Source: Mobula hypostoma
Lineage: Eukaryota
Assembly: GCF_963921235.1 (NCBI RefSeq)
Contig: NC_086097.1
Span: 162,938,001-163,002,000, forward strand
Length of the DNA: 64,000 nucleotides
Direction: 5' to 3'
Part shown: one piece after another, positions 1-14,200 of the stretch
Layout: each line of letters begins with the position of its first letter
Position numbering within the stretch: the first letter of the stretch is position 1
Translations under genes and position numbers: made by a program
Notes under the pieces: generated by a model
Told to the model about the DNA's origin: nothing
The model's input: the letters and a program-made list of their open reading frames with translations, nothing else
Databases searched by the model: none

Positions 1-744
1 GTCATACATCTAATATGCAGGAAAAAAACCAAATCATATCAACAATAAAAGCAAGCAAATAACATTCAGACATGAAGTTCACAAAAGTGACTCTACAGCC
101 ACGAAGCCAGTCACAGCAGGTCCAGGAGTCCATTTGTTGCAGGCCACAGCTTCAATTCAGCGCAGGGATAAGTAAACCTCATGGAGCAATGAGCTGAACA
201 TCTCCTCCGGCCCTGACACCCCGACCTTTGCAATCAGGCCCGGCACTTAAAATGGCCAAACAGCGGGTCTTTCCTTGCTCTCAGACCTGGACCTGCCACT
301 TCGATAAACTCTCATTCGATGTATTCAGCTCAGTTTGATGTATGCATTTGTTATGAAATATCAACGCCACCAAAGGTTTCGAACTGGCCATTTGTCCTGG
401 CCAAAATGGTAGAATTAGTGAACATTGTTATTATTTTACAACAAGTCCAACACTGTGATCTGCAAGCAGTGGTAATTGCTGCTCCCTTGGTCTTATTCAA
501 GTCATGCAATTCGAATTTCAAATCCTTTCTCTGTGACTTTTGATCCAGCTGTTGGAATGACAAATTAATGTTTAATTGATTCTCTTCCTTGGTGACACAG
601 AGGGAAGAAAGAGTTCCAGATGATGCACATAATCACCTTTTTTATAAAGACATGTGATGCTTCTACTTTTCTAAGAACAATAATCACCTTGGCAAAAACC
701 ATTAAATCCCCACACTTATAATCGACTCTGGCTCCACTGCTCAC

Positions 745-872
745 CTGCTTTGCTGGAGTCCATTGCCGTAGGAAGCCTTAACCAGGAGGTATTCAATGTT
801 GCTGAGCACAGACATGAAGTCAGTGCGTGAGACATGTTTGTCAGATGATGAATTGAAATATTTCCATTCATG
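745..872 (-). CDS. LAMA1: LAMA1 exon (about 27), 128 nt
   Basis: tggcag|CAT...AG|gtgag; HEWKYFNSSSDKHVSRTDFMSVLSNIEYLLVKASYGNGLQQS. Confidence 0.94.
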
Positions 873-3800
873 CTGCCAAAATAAAAAAGAGATTGCAGTT
901 GATCAAAACTGTTAGCAAAAGGGAACTGGGTAGTGTTTAGCTGGTTGCATTTTGGTTTGTGAGGCAGGTGGTTCAAATAGCTGAGTTCTGGTGATACATT
1001 GATGTAGCTCTTCGAGGTGCAACCTCAAAGCACCTGAAAACAGTGTTCAATCCTGACCTCAAGTGCCAACTGTGTGGAGTTTCCATGTTCTCCCTATGAC
1101 CACAAGTCTCCTCTGGATGAGCCAGCTTCCTCTCACATTGCAAAGACTTGCGGGTTTGCAAGTTAATTGGCTTTGGCTGACGGAAAATTGCCCTGGTATG
1201 AGGTAGTCAATGAGAATGTGGGGACTCGAGAAATCTTGGTTGATGACACAAAGATCATCAGAGCTTCTGTCATTCAGATGAAGGCAGAATCCAAGTCTCA
1301 TCTGTCCTCTGAGGTGGAGAAAAGACCCAGAGCACTCTTTCAATAAAAGGCAAGCAATGGATACCTCATAACCTGGCCATTTCATATCGCTCAGTTAACA
1401 CCACTAAAATACCGATACTATCATGCTGCTGTTGGTGAGAGTTTGCCACGTGCAAATTAGCTGAACGTTAGAACTGAGGCGGTACAACACAAAGCAACTT
1501 GGGATGTTCAGATAGGGATGTGATTGGTGCTACTTAAATACAATATTAAGCATGATCCAACCAATTTCTGAAGAGCTTTAATTTGAAAGAGGCAGCCTAT
1601 ATTTTTGAAGATTGCCCTGTTGGGATCATCTTTGACCCACTGACTTCACCTATTTTCAGGAGCTTGACGTTTTTGAAAACTGCCTTATAAAGCTGAGTTT
1701 TACATTTCTTGCTTTGGGCAAGGTGGTGGAAGGAGGGGTGGGGAGATATCATGCACCTCATGGTTTTCCTCACCATTATAACAGTGCCATCATGGCAACC
1801 CCAATCAAAGGTTATTTCTCATTCAAATTGAAGGCCAAACATGTCATAATTCAGAAGAGTGAGGGGGAGGGGATCTCATTGAAATCTATCCAATGGTGTA
1901 AGGCCATAAATAGAGTTGATTTGTAGAGGATGTTTCCCATGGTGAGGAAGTCTAAGACCATAGGACACAGCCTCAAAATAGAGAGGTGTCCAGTTAGAAT
2001 GGCTATGAGGATGAATTTCTTTACCCAGAGAGTGGTGAATCTGTGGAATTCGTTGCCACAGGTGCCTGTGGAGGCGAAGTCGTTGGGTATATTTACGGCA
2101 GAGGTTGATAGATTCTTGATTAGTCAGGGCATGAAGGGAAATGAAGAGAAGATAGGAGATTGGAGCTGAGAGGGAAATGGATCAGCCGTGATGAAATGGT
2201 GGAGCAGACTCGATGGACCAAATGGCCTAATTTCTGCTCCTGTATCTTATGGTCTTATAATTCCTCAGTGCCTTTGCCAGTTCATTATGCTTGTATCTGA
2301 GCCTACAAAGATTGTGTCAGCAGCCAGTTTTACTCTAAGCAAAATGCTGTTCACATCCTGGTCAAATGTATGTTTACATTTTCAAACTGTAGAACACAGC
2401 TGGGCTAACCGCTTTTCTCCACAGTTCAGGGTTCGTGACTTTGAACCTCTGTGACACCAGAGCTAACTTTGTCCAAGTGTAGATCCATCTTCACATATTT
2501 CTGGAAAGCACAACATGGCTCACTACTAAGTGCATCAAGCACGATTTTTGTACAGCCTGTATTTTTGAAGGCTGTTCTGTTTGGATCATCTTTATTTCAT
2601 CAGCTTCTTTCAGATTCAGTTTCACAGTCTTTTCACAGGTCTGGTACACTTCTTGTTTTCAGCAGGTAGAGGAAAGCTTTTATTAAAAATCAGGTTTCTT
2701 ATCTTTGGTGACACAAACTTAAAAAAATGTTGGGCTACAAACAACTTGGGTATCCCCATAAAACATTTCCAGGACACATTCTGTCACATGGAGGTTATCA
2801 GCAAACAAAAGATAAATTCAAGGATCTATACAGGGCCTCTGTGAAAAGTCAAAGTTACCTACTGATTCCAGGAAATCTCTGGCCCTTATTTGCTCAGAGT
2901 AGAGAAGCACTGGTAGTGAAATTGAGATCCTTGAGGCCAAGCATGAGAAGCAAACAGCTCTGTGTAAGTGGTACAATGGGCACATCACTTCACAGATCAC
3001 CCCGACCCGCCTCCACCTACACCATCCATGGATGAGTCTGAGGTTCCCACAATGGAATATTAAAACCTTTGCCCCTGCCCTGCTGAAAACAAGAAATGCA
3101 CCACACCTGGTAAAAGATGGTTTTCAAAAAGACGTATTAAGCTCCTGAATCTGAATGAAGCTAGTGGAACAAAGATGGTCCAAATAGGAAAAATTTCAAA
3201 GTACAAGCTGTCTCTTTTGAATAAAAGCTCTTCAGCAATTAGCAAAATCATGCTTAGCGTTCAAAGCATTGCATTCAAAAGCACCATTCACATCCTGATC
3301 AGAACATTCAAATTGTTTCATGGCAATGACTGTATGCTATATCATTCTCCTTGTAGCGTACAGCTAACTTGGACACAGCAGCATGATAGTATTCTGAGTT
3401 TAGTACTGTTAACTGAAGTATAGGTAGTAGCCAGGCTAACAGGGACTCCATTACTCTGTTTTGAATTTAAATTGGAATTGGTATTAAATTGATTTATTAC
3501 TGTCACAGCTACTGAAATTGAAAAGACTGTTTTGCATACTGTTTATACAGTTCAGGTAATTACAGAGTATATTAAGGTAAAACAAGAACGATGCAGATTT
3601 AAGTGTAATAGCTACAGAGGAAGTGCAGTGCAGGTAAACAATAAAATGCAGGATCATATCGAAGTAGGGAACTCCTTAACAGTGAGATAGAAACTGTCCC
3701 TGAGCCTGGTGATACAGTACGTGCTTTCATGCTTTTATGTCTTCTGCCTGTTGGAAGAAGGAAATGAGAATGTCCAGGGTCTTTGATTACGCTGGCTGCT

Positions 3801-6800
3801 TTACTGATGCAAAGTACAGATGGAGTCCATAGTACGGAGGTTGGTTCCTGTGATGTGCTGAGCTGTGTCCATAACTCTCTGCAGTTTTTTGTAGTCATGT
3901 GCAGAGCAGTTGTTAAACCTAGCCATTAACCATCCACAGGTAACGCTTTCTATGGTGCAATGATAAAATTAGCAAGGGTTGTCCAGGACAAGCAACATTT
4001 CTTTAGCCTTCTGAGGAAAAAGCATTGATGAAGTTTACTGGCCTTGGCATCTACGTGGTTGGATCAGGACAGGCAATGAATGAGTGCTCAGGGCCTTTGC
4101 CCATCTCAGAGGGCAGATGAGGTTTCAGAATATGCCTTCATCTGAAGGACAGGAGCTCTGACAAACTTTATGCCAGCAATCTTGAGTCCCCACATTCTCA
4201 TCAGCTTTTTCATTCTACTCCACACTATGGTCAATTAACCAACCTGAAAACCCACAAAATTGATTTGGAAGCAAGTCTTTAAAAAAAAACACAACTTACT
4301 TCAGGCAGATAACAAGATGAAGAGAAAAACAGTATGGTAAAAAAGATTCAACATTGCTTTATTCACACGAAAGTTCCTATTTCTTTAATGAGCAGCGTCT
4401 TGCGATCTGGGTCCATTGACTTTATTAGACTCAATAGTAAAATTCCTCATGCCCTGTAATTAATAGAGTGTTGAAATAAGTGTTCACAGATCAACACTTC
4501 AACACTTGGGAGAATCTTCTTTCAGTAATTAATTTCTGTATTGTGCAGTTTTTTTTAGAATAAATGGGCTTATAAATTCTTAATGTGACTGTTAATTTTA
4601 CTACATTTCAAATCTTTGATGTAGCTCAAGTGTTCCGCAGAGAAAAACTGCAGCATTCAATCCAATGAACTATGGTAAAGGAGAGTGTAAGAGCATAACA
4701 GTTCCTCGCTCACTGATCTGTGGATCCAAATGGCCTTTCTCGCTGAGGGAGTAATTGTTTTACATCGCAACTGAGGTATGTACTGCTTCTTCACAGCTTT
4801 GACTTGATGGTCACTATCCACTTCAGAATTGAATACAGTTCAACTTCATTTTATCGGAGCCTGAGAGAAGAAATATGCACTTTTCAAAAGTTTGGAAGGT
4901 TTTTTTTTGGTCAGAAAATAAAATGTATTCGGCAACTTGACAGAAGCTATAGGTCCAAAAGCAAAAGTGATCATCTCTGGTTATAGCGATGTGGTGCATG
5001 TATGTTGTTTAATATAATCCAAAATCTATCAAGAACAGAAGCAAGGACAATATTCACTGGGCCAGCCCGTGAGCACTTCCAAGCTAAAAGAATGAGGAGC
5101 TAGCAGAAAGGTGGCAGCTCCAACTAAAGTCTAGGATATTAAAACACTGAGCTGAGTTCAGCAAGTATATACTCCCTTTAAACACTTGAACATTTGATCA
5201 GTCATCCAAAGTGACTGAACGGGTCAAATTAAGGTAGTGTTACACTGCTTTCTGAAATGTCTGCTATATGAATTTCACACTTCCATTTAGATGTCTAAAA
5301 TAAGTGTAGATCAATAACACTACTAGTTCACCATCTTGTTTTTATGGACTTCTACTCCAACAGCAAAATACCACAAACAACAGGAATTCTGCAGATGCTG
5401 GAAATTCAAGCAACACACATCAAAGTTGCTGGTGAACTTTGATGTGTGTAGCAAAATACCACAGTGGCTGCAGGGGTCACAAAATAATGCAGAAGAAAAG
5501 CCCTCAGCCTAAAAAGCAAGCTTCTGTTCTTTTTTCCGCACAGATGCTGTGTGACCACCTGAGATCTTCCAGCATTTTATGTTTTAATTGCAGTTTAGTT
5601 TTTGGTAGCTCTCCATTTTTAGATGTTAAGAATCAAAGTCATAGAGGCTTTGAGCCCACTGTGTCCATACTAACAACTCATTTACAATAATCTCATTATT
5701 ATCTCTCACGTTCCATCAACTCTCTACAGATCCTACCACTCACTTAGACACTGGGGCAATTTATAGCAGCCACTGAATGTACCAATTGTCTTATCTTTGG
5801 GATACTGAAGGAAGCTGAAGCACCAGGAGGAATCCAACACTGTCACAAGGAAAGCATGCAAATTCCACACAGACAGCACTGGAGGTTAGGACTGAACCTG
5901 GGTGTCTGGTGCTGTGAGGCAGCAGTTCCACTGGTTGCCACGTACATTCCTTCTTTGTAGCGCTGGATAAATGCCATCTACCTAGCCCGAGGGAAGCACC
6001 CTGTGCACAGCAGCAGCTGCGCAATTTTGTGACGCAAGGGTTTGTTGAGAATGAGGACGTGAAAGATCCTGAAATGAGAAGTGGGACTTTCAACAGCAGA
6101 GGGAGCAGTGGCTTTGGATTAAGTAACATTTGCAATGAAGGCTTTGGTGTTCACATCATGGGACCAGAGTACGAAGTACAGCACTACGAAGAAGTGGGAG
6201 TTGCAGTTCCACTGCACAATGGAATGGAAGGAATTCTCTCTACTAGTCCTGATGAAGGGTGTTGGCCTGAAACTTTGACTGTTTTGTTTCCTTCCATGGA
6301 AGCTGCCTGACCTACTGAACTCTCCCAGCATTTTGTGGGTGTTCTCTCTCTCTCTCTCTCCCCTAGCATTGAACAGAAGGCTCCTGACCTGAAAGCATAG
6401 GAACATTTCAAGCCTGCCAATACAGGCAAGAGCCATTACTGGGATTTGGCAGCTTAAAAGAGGAGGAAAAGAAAAAACAAGCTATTAGTTTATAGTCAGA
6501 AAGCCCTGAGGTACAAAGCTTTTGCTAAATTACACTAAGTTACATCTGCCAGTGACCTTCATGCTTGAGATGCAATGGGCCAATTCTATCAGTACAAATT
6601 TAAAATGTACGTAAGTGCATTTAATGTTAGAAACTGACCTGAAACCAGAAGAGTCGCCTGAGGACAATAGAATACAGAATAGATGAATGGAATATCAGGA
6701 ATGGTTCCCAGTAATTTGGATTGGTCCGTAAATCAGCCCAGAACCACCACAAATATTAAACCTTAAACATTCAAAACTTAATAAACTGAACAATTTTGTG

Positions 6801-9800
6801 AGTGAGATTTTTAGTACACTCAGTTACAATCTCATTATTTATGCTCCCTTTTAAAGTTGCTATTGAAAGTGTATTGGAAAAAGTGATAAAATTTTATGAG
6901 CTTTGTGATTGGTTGAACTTCTCCTTTAAGAAATTTGCAGATTTCAAGTAAATTTTGAAACAGAATGATTAGATCCTTCTATTAGCCAGCCAGGCAGAAG
7001 CTGTTTTAATTGAATTTCAGTCTCAAAGACAAAATTTGCATTTTCATCAATCACATGAAAACAATTTGCATTAGGATGGGGAAGGTGGCAAAGCAGAAAT
7101 TACAATGTGAGACTGAAGCATATTCTTTGAGCTGAGTGTGTGAAGGTCAACAGGAAGATAAACAATTGTCAGCAGAACAATCGTAAATTGGGACAAATTT
7201 CTTTACAAATAAGGTTATTAAAAATATGAGATGCTTCACTATAATGCAGGGCTGAGTTAATGATCATTGCATCCCTTGAGGTTAAACCAATAAAACAGAT
7301 AAAGCGATAGAAAATATAGTGATGGATAGAGAGGATCATGAGATCAGTTTTGGATTGTCATAGATAGATATGGCACAGGCCGTTTGGCTTGCCAAGTCTG
7401 TGCTGGCCCAGTTTCTCTAAAATTACATTAATCCAGGTGTTGTTAATCTCCCTACAGATTTTACTACTCGTCTCACATTAAAGAGATGTGCATGATAATT
7501 CTTTAACACGAAGAGTGGTAGGTGGCCGCAATGTGCTGCCAGTGGTAGTGGTGGAAGCAGACGTGACAAGTGGCATTAAAAGGACACGTAGGTAGACCAG
7601 ATACGATCATGAGCAGGTAGGTAGGATTAGTTTAATTTGGCCTCATGGTCAGCTCAGACACAGCAGGCTGAAAGGCCTGCTCCTCTGTTGCACTGTGGCT
7701 GGTTAACCTGCATGTTTGCATGTCTCTGGGATAAGGAAGCACCTGGAGGAGACCCAAACGGTCACTGGGAGGACATGTAAAGTACGCATAGATTGCACCA
7801 GAAGTTAGGATGAAATCCAGGTCTCTGGTGTTGTGCAGGAGCGACTCTGCCAGCTCTGACGTCCTTTATTTTGTCAAAAGGAAATGCCAACACAAGAAAT
7901 AAGGGGGACTGAAAAGGACTGGGACAGGGATAAAAAACCAGCTAACCTTATGTTTCATGATGTTATATACTACCTGAGGTTTAGCTTCACTATAGTTAAT
8001 GGAAGCAGGGATCAGCAGGGTTTATAATCTGGTGACAAAGGTGCTCCATAATATTTCGCATCTCCACTTCTCATTTATCCCTAATAAAATGCTTCCTTTT
8101 GCTGTGCTGATCCCTACAGAATGGCTTCTATCACTTAAGGAATATTAAAAATCAGCTTTTGATGGCTTGAATATTAAAAAGATGGTGGCAGAGTGGCTGT
8201 GCTGTTGCATAAATAATCTTCAAGTAAAATATTGCAGATGCTGGAAGTGTAAAATAACACTGAAAAACTTTGGAAATACACAGTAGATAAGGCAATATTT
8301 GTCAACCTGAAATATTAACTCTGGTCCTTTCTCTGAAGATGCTGCCTGGATTGCTCAACTTGTCCAGCATTGCCTATTTTACTTTTGTCATCCTGAGGTG
8401 AAATGGCCAGAGATACAAGTTCAAATCTCATTTTTGAATTCAATTTACAAATTAAATAATCTGGTATAATAACAAAGTACATTGATATTGGCCACATGAC
8501 TGGATTATTGCAAAAACCCAATGTGTTCTCCAGTGCCCTTTGGGGGGCGGGGGGGTGGTGGAAGAGGGTTGGAATGTGGTGTCTTTAACATGAGATTTCA
8601 GACCTACAACATGGGTGACTTTCAAGAGCTTCTTCAAAAGACAAGGCAGCCTGGGGAGTTCAAGGGCAATTGGGAATGTTCACAATCTCATAAAGAAACA
8701 AGAAAAATCTTTCGATTAGTTTTGATTTACCAAATGGTACCCTGATTTGCACCAACTGAACACTCGTGATGTTACCAGATAACTTCTAATCGTCTTATCT
8801 GAAATGATAGCAGATTTACCTCAGTCAAGTCTATGTCATGGCGGCTTAGCTGTCCATTGGTATGAGTGGAAATGTTCCTGTAAATTGCCATTTTACTGCC
8901 GTAGCCTCCTTTCAGGATGATTTGTGGTTCTGGGTTCAAGTTAACAGAGCTATCTTGAGCATAATAGGCGAAGGCATATCTTAGCTTCCCTCCATAAGCC
9001 AATAGCTGCAGAAAGAAGATTATGCACATCAAAGACTTGGGTAGGCTAGGCTTGCAGGATTATAACAGTGACCAATGTATAGGTTTTGAACATATACAGA
9101 CTAAGCATTGAGCCAGTCACCCAACACTGACGAACTATAAATGCAAATGGGCAGGAGAGAGGCAAATTCAATGTAAACATTAATAACTTACATTTATGTA
9201 GCACTTTTAATGAAGCAGGAATGTCCCAAGTCATTTTACTGGAGGATTATTAAACTAAGAAATGATTCCAAGCCACATATGGAAATATTAAGATATAAGA
9301 AAGATAACTTAAGGCTTGGTCAAACATGTGGGCTTTAAGGAGCATCTTTTCTATACTGGGTCAATCAGAATGGAAGACAGAATTCTAGAGCTAAGGGCTT
9401 ATCAGCTGAAAGCACCAACAGGGTACAGAAAATTATGAAGAGCAGAGATATGTAGAAAGTGTTTAAACATGAGGGCATAGGTTTAGTGTTAGGGGTAAGA
9501 GGTGTGGAGGGGGTTGGAACATGAAAGCACTGCCTGAGTACGTGGTGGAGGGAGTTGTTCTCACAACATTTAATAGGCATCTGAATCACCAAAGCTGAGA
9601 AGGCTACAGTCCAAGTGCTGGTGAAAGAGGTGAGTCAAGATGGATATTTGACAGTCAACATGAATATAGAGAGCTGTGTGGTTTATTTTTGTCCAGTATA
9701 ACCCAATGACTTGCGCAGAACAATTAAAATCATTAATAAGAAACTGCAAGAGCAGGAAAGTGTGAGATTTGCTCTAATTAAAGAAGTGGTGATGCAAATT

Positions 9801-10783
9801 TAAATGGTTAAAAATTAAGGGACAGTGAAGATCAGAGATAACATACTGCCACTGGGTTTGAAAAACAAGACCAATGAGTTGCTGACCTTCCCTCTATGAA
9901 GAGCTAGGCTGAAGCTCTCCTACAGTTTCACAAAACTATGGTTCACCATATCTGGATTTCAATGCAATTCTGAGCATGGCTCATTACAAAGGATAGGAAG
10001 GAGGGAAACGTACATTCACTGGAATGTTATCTGGGCTCAAAGTGTTATAATCAGGCTTGCATTTTCTCAGCATAGATGATTAAAGTTCACAGAACTCAGA
10101 AAGGAACTGATAAGACAGATGGGAGGATTTTTTTTCCCCACTAGCAGGGGTTACAACCTGGGGAACATAATCTTACAATTGAGGCTTTATTCAAGAATAA
10201 TGCTCAAAATTATTTATTTAAACACAGTGGAACTCTCTTATGACAAAAGGCAGAAGACTGTAGCTCTGTTAACCAATTTAAGTCTGAAATCAAAAGATTT
10301 GAGAAGAGATTGTTCAAGAGGTAGAAAGGCAGAAAGGGAACTCTGGAGCTCAGAGCTTGTGCAGTGGAACACATGGCCTCCAACACTGTAGTGACTAAGC
10401 TCAGGATTGATGAAGTCCATAACTGGTGACACACAATGCAAGTGCTTCATAGAGAAACTGCTGTTATTTGCTAAATGCTTTACTGATTTACTAACTTACA
10501 ATTTGCACCACAATTGATACCAAACAATGCTCATCTTTGGATTACATGCATCTATACTTCTCACCTTGTCTCCTGTGAACTGGGTTGGTAGTGCCCAGTA
10601 ATATGGTTCTCTATGGAGGTGCTTCTGTACCAGTGCAGCATCCAGCAAGATATCTGGAGGCTGAGAGAAGATGCCCTCTGTGGTTCCAGTCAGGTTACCT
10701 TGACTGACAACATGCAGTATCACTTGTTGAGGCATTAGAGTCAGCTGTACAGATATACAAAGGTACGTACATTCATGAACATT

Positions 10784-10835
<52 letters not shown>

Positions 10836-11187
10836 CGTATATATATATATATATATAGATAGACAGAGAGAGAGAGAGAGAGAGAGCATTGTTATCTGAT
10901 GCTGAACATAACTATAATAATTATTTTAATTTTTTGCACACCTCAAGTTCTAGTATGGTTCAATGTATTTTTCAAAAACCATTACCACATCTGCACATAG
11001 AATTGATGAATAAATTTATTCGCTACAATCGTAAATGGTACTTGACTGGCAACAGTAATATCATTTACTTAATCTAATTTGTCAGTATCCTATTCAGCAC
11101 AGTTAGCTTTTGTGAATTAAGCAACTTGTTCCAAAATTCAGGTATGTTCCTACCAAATAAGTGTAAATTTTATTTATATATATATAT

Positions 11188-11224
<37 letters not shown>

Positions 11225-14200
11225 TGTATATATATACAAATGTACATATCTCTGCTCTTCAGATATACATATATACACAAATGTAAAGTGTGAATGTTGT
11301 TAAATTTCTATTCTACTTCAATACAAGAGTTGAAATACATAGCGCACCATTGTGCAAAGCTGAAATATCTCATACTTCTCCAGCATCTTTGAGTCTTATC
11401 AATAAAACCCAGTAATATTCTTGAATGAGATTCCATTACTTTTCTGTTCAGTCCAATTAATTCATAAATGCTGATAAACTACATTTATATTTACAGCCAG
11501 CGTTTTATCCATTTAAACACTTTGCAGAAACCTCTTTGAAAATTGTTTCTTTCACAACTGCCACAATGCACTGGTCTGTCAGCGAGCATAATCAAAGACC
11601 TCACTCACCCCAGAGGTTTTCTCTTCCCTTTTCCGATTGGGCAGAAGATTCAAAAGCCTGAAAGCAGTGACCACCAGGCTCAAGGACAGTTTCTATCCTG
11701 CCGTCTTTATGCTCTTGCACTTTGTCTTCCTGCACTGTACTTACTCTGCACCTTTTACAGACTATTCTGCATTGCTATTCTTTTACCTTGCTCTACCTCA
11801 ATGCACTGAGTAAATACTTCAGATGTAAGAACAGGGTGCAGTGCAAGACAACTTTTCACTGCATCTTGGTACATATGACAATAATAAACCAATACCAATA
11901 CATTAGGAATGTGTGCTTACAGGAACTCTGACCAGTCCTTGGAGTTCTGAGCAGGAAATGGATACACCAGAGCAGTAACAGGGACTACAGCCTTCTGGGT
12001 TGTGGAGACTGAGAGCAAATGATCCAGCCTTGCATTCATTGCAACGAACACCAGAAACACCTTCCTGAAATAAGGGTTTACACAACATTCAGCACTACAG
12101 ATCAAAGTGGGCTTTTTTTCCAAAACACTGTAGAATTTTTATTTAATATTCTGCTCCATTTGTTTTAAAAAAACTGTGACATTTAGTTGGAAAAAAAACA
12201 GATTAAGAGGGTGGAAAAGGGCAGAGGAGAATTGTACGGACTGTAAAATAAATAACATAATTAATTCCATGCTTAGGTGAAGGGATGAAATAACAAAGGG
12301 GTAGCGAAGAAGGAAAATGCCAGTATATGGCAGCTGGGACCGTTTATTCTGTGAGATTCTATATAATTCTATAAACTATAAATTCTTCAGATAATAATAA
12401 TGCTTAATAATACATGATCCTTTTTACACATGGTATTAATGCAGGAAAGAGGGAGGTACTATCAGACAATGTAGACAAAGCAGTCTGTAGAAAATCTCCG
12501 AAAACAAAAGGTTTAATTTAAAAACTAAGTTTCCTAAAACAGAAGTAATGATCTTCAAATTTCTATATTATGAATACATCAAATTGATGATTCCATGCCA
12601 GCACTTGTTGCCATGGATATATCCATGTGTCTAAGGTGTATAGCAATAGGTCAACCTATTACCCTCCTTTTTTTTCATCTGGTTGAATGGGAGATGGACC
12701 TATCATTAGCAGAAACAAGGTAGAAGTTAGGACTTTAAACCTGTGGTTTTCTACACTACAGTGTTGTAGGTAGACCTTGCCATAACACAGCTTTTTTTGT
12801 ACAATGGCAAGTACTAAATGTTATACATCAGCTTCCTTCTAACCTGAATTTTCTACCATCTTGGAGGCCTACTACCACACAGGGAAAAGCATAAAGATGT
12901 GAAGTCAATTCATTGCAAAACAGAGCTGCAGAATGCACATATGGCTGAAGGCAAGTCACTTGCCATCGGTTCTGAGCGTAGACATAAAGAAGGCAAGAAA
13001 AATTCAACTCCAGCAACACATAAAGAGCTAGAATAACTCACTGAATCAGACAACACCTATGGGGGAGACGGACAGTCGACGTTTCTGGGTATGAAATGTT
13101 GACTATCCATTTTCCGCCACAGATGCTGCCTGACCTACTGAGTTGTTCTTGTACTTTGTGCTGCTCCAGTTTTCCGTATTTGCAGTCACTTGTGTCTCCA
13201 ACAAAGGAACTGTGCAGAGAGGTACAACAGAGAGAGGATAAAGTTGCAAGTTCTCATTAGGTATCAGAGTTATGTAAATGATAATGTACCTTACAGGGAC
13301 AGACCCCAGTGTGTTCCTCACAACTGCAAACTCCTTGTGCCAGATCACATTTCTCAGACCTGGTACCTCTGGGATCGCACTTACAGGCGATACATTGGGG
13401 ATAATCCCTGTATCCAAAGGCACACTCGCGGCATTTTTCTCCACTGAATCCTTGTTTACAAAGGCAGTGTCCATCCGTCACATTGCACCCAACTCCTACA
13501 GAACCAATGACGCTACAGTTGCAGGGCTAAAAATGAAAAGCAAACAGATAATTGCCATTTCGGCACGGACTAGAAGGGCCGAGATGTCCAGTTTCCATGC
13601 TGTAATTGTTATATGGTTTATAAATGAGTTTCCACTGCATTCGTATAAAATAAATGGAAGAATGGCAGGAAAATACACTAGCAGCAACATCTAGATTCTC
13701 TAGCTACACAATCTTGTTGAGTTATTTATGGACAGGTTAAACATACAAACTAGTATTTGGGTGATCGGCAGGCAGGATTTACCAGCTGCTGTGGGGCTGC
13801 AGGCATGGTCTGCCAGGTGGGAGGAGGGCAATTCTGTGTAGACTCCACCCCTCAGGCCATATTGATCAGAGACTGGCTTGAGTTATGCAGAGCTGGGAGT
13901 GATGAGCAGCAGACTCAATTCTGTGTAGCCTCCACCCCTCAAGCCATATTAATCAGGGTCTGGATTGAGTTATGCAGAGCTGGGAGCATCGAGCAGCAGA
14001 CTCGCCAGCGAGGCTCGCTGGTGGCTGATCTTCCCACTCCTGCTCACTCTCCTGTCATGCTGTTTCTGGATCCCCTCTTACACTTTGTCTGCTCTTTTCT
14101 AACTGAAGAGCAGTTTGGATGATAAGTACTTCTCAGGAGTGAAACCCTGTCATACTGGGAACTTCTTGTAGTTGCATCTGTGGCTACTCCAGAAGTTGTT

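Noticed and set aside
12000..12030. Cryptic RGD motif known from mouse laminin alpha-1 at this position
   Set aside because: The sequence here reads FALSLHNP; no RGD.
13757..14122. 121-aa ORF with a repeated 29-aa unit
   Set aside because: By-product of the 87-bp tandem duplication; no ATG start or homology evident.
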